NCBI GenBank assembly: GCA_029248105.1
Contig: JAQWJZ010000038.1
Location: 11,265-75,264, forward strand
Length of the DNA stretch: 64,000 bases
Direction: 5' to 3'
Origin: Flavobacteriales bacterium
Lineage (GTDB): Bacteria; Bacteroidota; Bacteroidia; Flavobacteriales; UBA7312
Shown here: piece by piece, positions 57,058 to 64,000 of the stretch
How the letters are laid out: every line of letters begins with the position of its first letter
How positions within the stretch are numbered: the first letter of the stretch is position 1
Notes under the pieces: model-generated
Told to the model about the DNA's origin: nothing
The model's database searches: none
Seen by the model: the letters and a program-made list of their open reading frames with translations, nothing else
Made by a program: the position numbers and the translations under genes

Positions 57058-59079
57058 TTACTTCTTCTTTTTCTTAGCATCTTTATCCATGCTCTCTTTT
57101 AAAGCTATTAACTCGTCCATATCTCCTAGAGTACTTTTCTGTTGAGATTGCTGAACTTTAGCAACGTTTTTCTTCGTCTTTTTAGCCTCTTCCATTTTAA
57201 CTTCTTTGAAAATCACTGTATGTGAAACAATAATTTTTTGAGAATCTTTTTGGAATTCGAGTACACGGAAAGTGAGTTTTTCACCTACTGCTACTTTGCT
57301 ATCGTCTTCTTTTGCAAGGTGTCTTTTTGGAGCAAATGCTTCAACACCATGAGTAAGAATGATAGTAGCACCATTTTTGGTAATGTCTTTCACTTCACCT
57401 TCATGCTCTGAACCTTCTCCGAATACACTTTCGTATCCGTCCCAAGGGTTATCATGCAATTGTTTTACACCAAGACTAAGTTTTCTAGCCTCTAAGTCCA
57501 ATTCAAGAACTTGAGCTTCAATAACTTCGCCGACCTTAGTAAATTCTGATGGATGCTTAATTTTCTTCTCCCATGATAAATCTGAGATATGAATTAAACC
57601 ATCAACACCTTCTTCTAGCTCAACAAAAATACCGAAGTTGGTAAAGTTTCTAACGGTTACTTTTTGGTTACTTCCAGTTGGGAATTTCTTAGCAATTTCA
57701 GCCCATGGATCTGGTTGTAATTGTTTCATTCCTAAAGACATTTTTCTTTCCTCTCTATCTAGAGTTAAAACTTGCGCCTCAATCTCTTGACCTACTTTTA
57801 AGAAGTCACTAGCACTTCTTAGGTGAGTAGACCATGACATTTCAGAAACGTGAACTAATGCCTCAATACCTGTTTGTACCTCAACAAAAGCACCATAATC
57901 GGCAACAACAACAACTTTTCCTTTGATATTATCACCAACAGAAATTTTGTCATCTAAACCATCCCAAGGATGAGCTGTCAATTGCTTCAATCCTAATTGG
58001 ATTCTTCTCTTGTCATCGTCAAATTCAAGAATTACAACGTTAATCTTAGAATCTAGCTCTACGATTTCATCTGGGTGATTTACTCTACCCCAAGATAAAT
58101 CCGTAATGTGAATTAATCCGTCTATACCACCTAAGTCCACAAATACACCGTAAGAAGTAATGTTTTTAACCATTCCTTCTAGTACTTGTCCAACTTCAAG
58201 TTTAGACATGATTTCCTTCTTCTGCTCTTCTAAGTCAGCCTCAATAAGTGCTTTATGAGAAACAACTACGTTACGGAACTCGTGGTTGATTTTCACCACT
58301 TTGAATTCCATCTTTTTACCAACGTATTCGTCATAATCACGAATTGGCTTGATGTCAATTTGAGAACCAGGCAAGAATGCTTCAAGACCTAAGACCTCAA
58401 CAATCATACCACCTTTAGTTCTACACTTAATAAACCCTTCAAGAACGATATCTTTATCATGTGCTTCATTAACTCTCTCCCAAGAACGCAATACACGTGC
58501 TTTTTTGTGAGAAAGAATCAACTGACCTTTTTTGTCTTCTTTCTTTTCTACAAGAACTTCAACAGTATCGCCAGCTTTTAATTCTTCGTTGTATCTGAAT
58601 TCGTTTCTTGAAATGATACCGTCAGACTTGTAATTGATGTTTACGATAACCTCTCTATCTGTAATAGAAACTACAGTACCATCAAGCACTTGCTCTGAAT
58701 CGATCGTGCTTAAGGCTGTTTCGTAATCTTTTTCAAGTTCTTTTCTTACGTCATCAGTATATTCTACACTACCCATTTCATAGATTTCCCAATCGAAATC
58801 TTTATCTTCATCTGGGCTTGTCATTCTCTCCGCTTTTGCTGGAGCTTTTTCTTCTACTACTGCTTCAGTTTCTTCAACGGCAGGAGTTTCTACAGATACT
58901 TCTTCAGCTTTTGGAGTTTCTTCAACGGCTGGAGCTTCTGCTACTACTTCTTCTACTTGTGGAGTTTCTGCTACTTCTTCTTTAACCTTTTTAGCGGTTG
59001 TTTTTTTGGCAGGTGCCTTTTTAGTAGCTGTTTTTTTAGTAGTCGTTTTCTTGGCTACTGGTTTTTTTTCTTCTGACAT
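57058..59079 (-). CDS. rpsA: 30S ribosomal protein S1 with N-terminal low-complexity extension
   Basis: Six S1/OB repeats ('GTVVSITDREVIVNI', 'GFIKCRTKGGMIVEV', 'GMVKNITSYGVFVDLGG', 'GKVVVVADYGAFVEV', 'VTVRNFTNFGIFVELEEG', 'GEVKDITKNGATIIL'). Confidence 0.95.
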   Translation of the reverse strand: MSEEKKPVAKKTTTKKTATKKAPAKKTTAKKVKEEVAETPQVEEVVAEAPAVEETPKAEEVSVETPAVEETEAVVEEKAPAKAERMTSPDEDKDFDWEIYEMGSVEYTDDVRKELEKDYETALSTIDSEQVLDGTVVSITDREVIVNINYKSDGIISRNEFRYNEELKAGDTVEVLVEKKEDKKGQLILSHKKARVLRSWERVNEAHDKDIVLEGFIKCRTKGGMIVEVLGLEAFLPGSQIDIKPIRDYDEYVGKKMEFKVVKINHEFRNVVVSHKALIEADLEEQKKEIMSKLEVGQVLEGMVKNITSYGVFVDLGGIDGLIHITDLSWGRVNHPDEIVELDSKINVVILEFDDDKRRIQLGLKQLTAHPWDGLDDKISVGDNIKGKVVVVADYGAFVEVQTGIEALVHVSEMSWSTHLRSASDFLKVGQEIEAQVLTLDREERKMSLGMKQLQPDPWAEIAKKFPTGSNQKVTVRNFTNFGIFVELEEGVDGLIHISDLSWEKKIKHPSEFTKVGEVIEAQVLELDLEARKLSLGVKQLHDNPWDGYESVFGEGSEHEGEVKDITKNGATIILTHGVEAFAPKRHLAKEDDSKVAVGEKLTFRVLEFQKDSQKIIVSHTVIFKEVKMEEAKKTKKNVAKVQQSQQKSTLGDMDELIALKESMDKDAKKKKK

Positions 59080-59194
59080 AATGTATGTCCAATTTTGTAT
59101 CTCACACTTTAGCTAGAGGATATGCGAACCTTGTGTGAAAGATTATTTAACTTAAAAATCATTCCTTTTACCTCTACGTATCGCAAAAGGGCTG

Positions 59195-59202
59195 CAAATG
59201 TA
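59195..59202 (-). promoter_or_regulatory. Candidate -7 box (TACATTTG) for rpsA
   Basis: Reverse complement of 'caaatgta'. It would give a 5' UTR of about 110 nt before the ATG at 59079. Confidence 0.4.
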
Positions 59203-59262
59203 TAAAAATTTAACAGTAATACCCATTTTTTACACGATAAGCTTATCGAGAGAATAAAATAA

Positions 59263-60051
59263 CTATAAAACTTGATGAAAAAGGTGGCAATTATGAAAGT
59301 GTAAGTCAGGTTTTTCAGAGAAGATACCGTAAATAGACGATCCACTACCGCTCATTGAAGCATAGACTGCCCCTGCAGCTATTAGCTTGTTTTTAATTTC
59401 CAATAGGTCTGGATATTGAGGAAAAATACTTTGTTCGAAGTCATTTTTTAGTGTCCAATCTTCAATAGGCCTATTGACCTCTTCTTGAATAGACTTTGAA
59501 GGAAGATGAGGAATAATAGAAGAAAAAGCTTCTGCTGTAGATACAAAAATATCCGGTTTAACGACAAACAAATGGTAAGCACTTAAATCCAATTTTGTAG
59601 GACTTAAAACCTCCCCTATTCCACTTGCTAATGAAGGTTCGTTGTCTATAAAGAAAGGGCAATCTGCACCCAACTGAAGAGCAATCTTTTTGAGCTCAAT
59701 CTTGTCTAAACCTAAATCAAAAATAGTATTCAAGCCCATTAAAGTAAAAGCGGCATCAGAAGAACCACCACCCAAACCAGCACCAATAGGAATATTTTTG
59801 TGTAAATGAATGTCAACAGGCTCCAAATCATAATGACCTTTCATAAGCTCGTAAGCTTTTAAACATAAATTACCATCGCCCGGAATTGGAATGCCGCTAC
59901 TCTTGAAGCTCAAGGATTTTGAGGGTGTTATTTCCAAAGCATCACACCACTTAATGGGATAGAAAATAGTTTCCAAATTATGGTAGCCATCTTCTCTTTT
60001 AGAGGTGATGTTTAAACCTATATTTATTTTAGCATTTGGAAAAAATAACAT
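59263..60051 (-). CDS. ispE: 4-(cytidine 5'-diphospho)-2-C-methyl-D-erythritol kinase
   Basis: 'AKINIGLNITSKREDGYHNLETIF' and GHMP motif 'PIGAGLGGGSSDAA'. Confidence 0.85.
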   Translation of the reverse strand: MLFFPNAKINIGLNITSKREDGYHNLETIFYPIKWCDALEITPSKSLSFKSSGIPIPGDGNLCLKAYELMKGHYDLEPVDIHLHKNIPIGAGLGGGSSDAAFTLMGLNTIFDLGLDKIELKKIALQLGADCPFFIDNEPSLASGIGEVLSPTKLDLSAYHLFVVKPDIFVSTAEAFSSIIPHLPSKSIQEEVNRPIEDWTLKNDFEQSIFPQYPDLLEIKNKLIAAGAVYASMSGSGSSIYGIFSEKPDLHFHNCHLFHQVL

Positions 60052-60077
60052 TGTTGATAAAATTTATTGTCAAAATA

Positions 60078-60085
60078 CAAAAGTA
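60078..60085 (-). promoter_or_regulatory. Candidate -7 box (TACTTTTG) for ispE
   Basis: Reverse complement of 'caaaagta', 26 nt upstream of the ATG at 60051. Confidence 0.35.
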
Positions 60086-60153
60086 ATCACATAAATTTTT
60101 CTAAACTTGAATTTCCTTTTTATTTATTAAAAATTACTAAATTTACTAGAGTA

Positions 60154-61110
60154 ATGACAGAGATTGAATACTTGGATTTCGAAAAACCTATTGAAGATTT
60201 AATGGTAAATCTTCAACAAGCGGAACAATTGGGTAGAGAAGGTATAGAGGTAAATCAAACTATTTCCGATTTAAAAAAGAAATTAGAAGCCAAAAAGAAA
60301 GAAATATATTCTAACCTATCAGCTTGGCAAAGAGTACAACTTTCACGTCATCCTCAACGCCCTTATACCTTAGAATATATCGATGAGATCACAGACGAGT
60401 TTATCGAACTTCATGGTGATAGAACCGTGAAAGATGATAAAGCAATGATTGGTGGTTGGGCAAAAATCGACGGCAAAGTGTTTATGCTTATTGGTCAGCA
60501 AAAAGGGAAAAACACCAAAATGCGTCAGTATAGAAATTTCGGAATGGCCAATCCTGAAGGATATAGAAAAGCTCTTCGTCTGATGAAGATGGCTGAAAAG
60601 TTTAACCGCCCAATCGTTACTTTTATTGATACCCCAGGTGCATATCCTGGCTTGGAGGCTGAAGAAAGAGGACAAGGTGAAGCGATAGCAAGAAACCTCA
60701 TAGAAATGGTACAGCTCAAAGTACCAGTAATATGCATTGTTATAGGAGAAGGCGCTTCGGGAGGAGCATTAGGAATAGGCATTGGCGATAGAGTATTGAT
60801 GTTGGAAAATACTTGGTACTCGGTAATTTCTCCAGAGTCCTGCTCTTCTATTCTATGGAGAAGCTGGGACCATAAAGAAAAAGCGGCTAACGCCTTAAAA
60901 TTAACATCTCATGATATGCTTAAAAATGGGCTTATAGATGGTATCATTGACGAACCTACAGGTGGAGCTCATAGAGATGTGAATTTTATGTACGACAACA
61001 TCAAAAAGAATATTTTAAAGATAACCAAAGAACTGGAAGCAAAAAGTACTGAGAATAGAATTCAAGAACGTATTGAAAAGTTTGGAAGTATGGGCGCATT
61101 TAAGGAGTAA
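60154..61110 (+). CDS. accA: Acetyl-CoA carboxylase carboxyltransferase subunit alpha
   Basis: '[11 protein letters not shown]' (compare E. coli 'FLDFEQPIAEL'), '[24 protein letters not shown]', '[10 protein letters not shown]'. Start set to ATG 60154; the track uses TTG 60067. Confidence 0.9.
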   Translation: MTEIEYLDFEKPIEDLMVNLQQAEQLGREGIEVNQTISDLKKKLEAKKKEIYSNLSAWQRVQLSRHPQRPYTLEYIDEITDEFIELHGDRTVKDDKAMIGGWAKIDGKVFMLIGQQKGKNTKMRQYRNFGMANPEGYRKALRLMKMAEKFNRPIVTFIDTPGAYPGLEAEERGQGEAIARNLIEMVQLKVPVICIVIGEGASGGALGIGIGDRVLMLENTWYSVISPESCSSILWRSWDHKEKAANALKLTSHDMLKNGLIDGIIDEPTGGAHRDVNFMYDNIKKNILKITKELEAKSTENRIQERIEKFGSMGAFKE

Positions 61111-61113
61111 TAT

Positions 61114-62589
61114 ATGCAGGAGAATAAGAAAAATAAAAAAACAAATATCAAACCTATGGTAATGAAGTCTGCCGATGGCAAACTACCACCACAGGCCCTT
61201 GACTTAGAACAAGCTGTTCTTGGAGCATTAATGATTGACAACGATGCCCTATCTAATGCTATTGAACTTCTAAAACCTGAAAGTTTTTACAAATACGAAC
61301 ATCAGAAGATATTTTCTGCTATTGAAGATTTGTTTAATTCTGCAAAAAAAGTCGATATACTTACTATTGTTGAGCAACTGAAGAAGAAAGGTGAGCTCAA
61401 AGAAGTTGGCGGACCTTCTTTTGTCACAAAACTGACTGAACGTATTGCTTCAGCAGCCAACATAGAAACACACGCCAGAATCATCGCACAAAAATTCATT
61501 CAGCGTGAACTTATTCGCATTTCTAGCCAAACTATTAAAGATGCTTATGACGATACTTCCGATGTTTTTGACTTATTAAATGCCGCCGAACAAGGTTTAT
61601 TTGAAATATCGGAAGGCAACATACGTAAGAATTATGACAAGATGAGCACGCTTATCTTACAAGCCTTAAACCAAATTGAAGAAATTAAAAATAAAGAAGA
61701 TGGATTAAGCGGTGTACCGTCCGGCTTTTCAGAGTTAGACAGGGTTACTTCAGGATGGCAAAGTTCTGATTTAGTCATTCTAGCTGCTAGACCTGGTATG
61801 GGAAAAACAGCATTTGTATTATCTATGGCAAGGAATACAGCTGTACAATTCAAAAAACCCGTAGCTGTATTCTCTCTAGAGATGTCATCAGTACAGCTCG
61901 TTAATCGACTTATTGCTAGTGAGTCTGGTATCCCTGCTCAAAAACTGAGAAAAGGTAATTTAGAAGATCACGAATGGATTCAATTGAACCAACAAATTAC
62001 CAAGCTTTCCGAAGCCCCTCTATTTATCGATGATACTCCTGCACTTACCATTTTCGAACTCAGAGCAAAGTGCAGAAGACTAGTAAGGAATAACGGTGTT
62101 GAATTAGTAGTAATTGACTACCTTCAGCTAATGCATGCAGGAAGTTCTAACAAGAGTGGTAACAGAGAGCAAGAGATTAGTACTATTTCACGTTCATTAA
62201 AAAGTATCGCTAAGGAGCTAAATATCCCTATCATTGCCCTATCACAATTGAGTAGAGCCGTAGAAACAAGGGGTGGCGATAAACGTCCTATGCTTTCCGA
62301 CCTTAGGGAATCGGGTGCTATTGAGCAAGATGCAGATATCGTATGCTTTATATACCGACCAGAATATTACGGATTTACAGAATGGCCTGATACAGAACCT
62401 GGAAAAGATCCCGACTGTATAGGACAAGGAGAAATTATTGTAGCAAAACACCGTAACGGCTCTTTAGAGAATATTAAACTTCGATTTATCCCTCAACTTG
62501 CCAAATTTACCGACTTGGATAGTTTTGGATTCAGTAACGACGACGTTATGCCGTCTAGCATGAATGACGACGACTCGGCACCTTTCTAA
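61114..62589 (+). CDS. dnaB: Replicative DNA helicase DnaB
   Basis: 'PPQALDLEQAVLGALM', Walker A 'AARPGMGKTAF', 'VIDYLQLM', 'LSQLSRAVE', 'SDLRESGAIEQDAD'. No intein. Confidence 0.95.
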   Translation: MQENKKNKKTNIKPMVMKSADGKLPPQALDLEQAVLGALMIDNDALSNAIELLKPESFYKYEHQKIFSAIEDLFNSAKKVDILTIVEQLKKKGELKEVGGPSFVTKLTERIASAANIETHARIIAQKFIQRELIRISSQTIKDAYDDTSDVFDLLNAAEQGLFEISEGNIRKNYDKMSTLILQALNQIEEIKNKEDGLSGVPSGFSELDRVTSGWQSSDLVILAARPGMGKTAFVLSMARNTAVQFKKPVAVFSLEMSSVQLVNRLIASESGIPAQKLRKGNLEDHEWIQLNQQITKLSEAPLFIDDTPALTIFELRAKCRRLVRNNGVELVVIDYLQLMHAGSSNKSGNREQEISTISRSLKSIAKELNIPIIALSQLSRAVETRGGDKRPMLSDLRESGAIEQDADIVCFIYRPEYYGFTEWPDTEPGKDPDCIGQGEIIVAKHRNGSLENIKLRFIPQLAKFTDLDSFGFSNDDVMPSSMNDDDSAPF

Positions 62590-62592
62590 AAA

Positions 62593-63849
62593 ATGACAAG
62601 ACTGATTTTAGTATTTTTTTTCCTGTTCCTTCAAATTAACGCTTGGGCGTCCTATATTCTCATTCCTATGGACGATACTCAAACAAACCACCTCAAAGCA
62701 TATGGAATTGCCTATTGGGTTTTAGAAAAAGAACAAGAGGTTGATTGGTTGCTCAACTACAGAGGGGGAAGCTTTTTGATTAAAAATCAAGAACTCATAG
62801 AAAAAGAATGTAGAATAAGAGGCGTTTCTTTTCAGATTATTGCCGATGTTCAATCCACTCAAATACTAAGAGAAATTGCTAGTCCAGAGGTCAATCAAGA
62901 TGTAGTAAAATTAGAAAAAGTACCCAAAATAGCCGTCTATTCCCCAAAGAGCAAACTGCCTTGGGACGATGCTGTAACTCTAGCACTTACCTATGCCGAA
63001 ATACCTTACGATTTGGTTTATGACGAAGAGGTTATTGGCGGCTCACTCCCACTTTACGACTGGTTACACCTTCATCACGAGGATTTCACCGGTCAATACG
63101 GTAAGTTTTATGCCGCCTACAAAAACGCCGAATGGTACAGAAAACAAAAACAAGACTTTGAACAATCGGCAAAAAAAATGGGTTTTCAGAAAGTGGCTCA
63201 AGCCAAGTTAGAAGTGGCTCTTAAAATAAGAGAGTTTACTGCCGGTGGCGGCTTCCTTTTTGCTATGTGTTCGGCAACCGATACTTATGACATTGCCCTA
63301 GCAGCCAAAGATGTGGATATTTGCGAATATATGTTTGATGGTGACGGCGCAGACCCCCAAGCTCAAGAAAAACTGAACTTTGATAACACTTTTGCTTTCA
63401 AAGATTTTTCTCTTGTAAAAAACCCCAATCAATACGAGTACTCTAGTATAGATGCCACACGAAGCAGAAGGCTAAATCAATCTTTAGACTTTTTCACCTT
63501 ATTTGAGTTTTCTGCCAAATGGGATCCAGTACCTACCATGCTATGTCAAAATCACGAACAAGTCATTAAAGGCTTTATGGGACAAACCACAGCCTTTAAA
63601 AAAGAATACATCAAATCGGATGTCCTCATTATGGGTGAAACAGCATCGGTGAATGAAGCACGTTATATTCATGGCCAGTTTGGCAAGGGTACTTGGACGT
63701 TTTATGGTGGTCACGACCCTGAAGACTATCAGCACAAAGTAGGTGACCCAAAAACAGAATTAGAATTACACCCTAACTCACCTGGATATCGACTTATCCT
63801 AAATAATGTCCTCTTCCCTGCTGCTAAGAAAAAGAAACAAAAAACCTGA
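62593..63849 (+). CDS. Conserved-looking secreted hypothetical protein (possible class I glutamine-amidotransferase-like fold)
   Basis: Signal peptide 'FFFLFLQINAWAS'. The block 'KIAVYSP...YDWLHLHHEDF...GGGFLFAMCSA' loosely resembles a GATase1 nucleophile elbow. No firm family call. Confidence 0.45.
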   Translation: MTRLILVFFFLFLQINAWASYILIPMDDTQTNHLKAYGIAYWVLEKEQEVDWLLNYRGGSFLIKNQELIEKECRIRGVSFQIIADVQSTQILREIASPEVNQDVVKLEKVPKIAVYSPKSKLPWDDAVTLALTYAEIPYDLVYDEEVIGGSLPLYDWLHLHHEDFTGQYGKFYAAYKNAEWYRKQKQDFEQSAKKMGFQKVAQAKLEVALKIREFTAGGGFLFAMCSATDTYDIALAAKDVDICEYMFDGDGADPQAQEKLNFDNTFAFKDFSLVKNPNQYEYSSIDATRSRRLNQSLDFFTLFEFSAKWDPVPTMLCQNHEQVIKGFMGQTTAFKKEYIKSDVLIMGETASVNEARYIHGQFGKGTWTFYGGHDPEDYQHKVGDPKTELELHPNSPGYRLILNNVLFPAAKKKKQKT

Positions 63850-63850
63850 T

Positions 63851-64000
63851 TAATTCCCTAAATACACAAAGGTATTCACACTTAACGTTTGAGGCGTTAT
63901 ATCTAATGGTGTATCGCTTCCACCCAAAGGAACATTGACACTAACATTTTTTGTAATGGCATAATTTGCTATTGGAGTAGTTGAGCCGAAAGCTGAATTC
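63851..64000 (-). CDS. 3' end of an unidentified minus-strand gene (partial, continues beyond the window)
   Basis: The open frame on the minus strand reads '...NSAFGSTTPIANYAITKNVSVNVPLGGSDTPLDITPQTLSVNTFVYLGN*' with its stop at 63851-63853. Too short to classify. Confidence 0.3.

Noticed and set aside
59109-59345. 78-aa ORF in the rpsA upstream region
   Set aside because: It overlaps the ispE 3' end and the candidate rpsA promoter and 5' UTR. The sequence is low-complexity and hydrophobic, so it is more likely non-coding leader DNA.
60067-60153. N-terminal extension of accA from a TTG start. Similar extended track starts occur at 3329, 17312, 23273, 41377, 42376, 45768, 52620 and 56979.
   Set aside because: Homology-type N-termini begin at downstream ATGs. 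Several of the TTG codons are part of TAnnTTTG promoter boxes, and the extensions have no conserved features.
62993-63211. 72-aa alternative-frame ORF inside the 418-aa gene
   Set aside because: It is a same-strand overlap in a different frame with basic low-complexity sequence, and nothing supports dual coding.
1-64000. Search for mobile elements, defence islands, CRISPR arrays, toxin-antitoxin pairs, tRNA or rRNA genes
   Set aside because: No transposase, integrase or phage motifs, no direct-repeat arrays and no tRNA-like cloverleaf candidates were seen in the few intergenic gaps. Coding density and gene content look like conserved core genome.

Overview
AT-rich, extremely gene-dense chromosomal segment with about 70 protein genes and very little non-coding DNA. 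It looks like core genome of a Bacteroidota (Flavobacteriia-like) bacterium. Taxon-diagnostic signals read from the sequence are three T9SS C-terminal sorting domains (two type A, one type B), a ResB-CcsA (CcsBA) fusion, a long NusB, DUF1573/DUF4199/DUF5683/DUF3276-type proteins, and recurrent TAnnTTTG '-7' promoter boxes.

Content is overwhelmingly housekeeping:
- Replication, repair and segregation: dnaB, recA, uvrA, nth, ruvX, parAB.
- Translation and tRNA maturation: thrS-infC-rpmI-rplT, rpsA, rnz, cca, miaA, tsaC, yciO.
- Metabolism: pyrR-pyrB, dapB, dapD, accA, ispE, coaE, fsa/tal, leucine dehydrogenase, an acyl-CoA carboxyltransferase.
- Secretion: lepB, yajC.
- Envelope polysaccharide locus: wza-wzc, three glycosyltransferases, gmhA/gmhB, kdsC.
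- Thiol-redox string: ccsBA-gpx-bshB1.

One ncRNA, the SRP/4.5S RNA, is present and is absent from the ORF track. I saw no rRNA, tRNA, CRISPR array, transposase, integrase, prophage or recognisable defence or toxin genes. I did not find a convincing novel multi-gene system.

The best leads are small-scale:
- Poorly characterised proteins in suggestive contexts: a 164-aa acidic protein between cca and miaA, a 90-aa partner of an ECF sigma factor, an orphan STAS-like protein, and a secreted 418-aa protein after dnaB.
- A basic/acidic N-terminal extension on ribosomal protein S1.
- A non-canonical infC start codon.
- A set of apparently leaderless promoters.
- Systematic abutting or overlapping of convergent genes without terminators.

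Several ORF-track starts are alternative TTG/GTG codons that I re-set to downstream ATGs.
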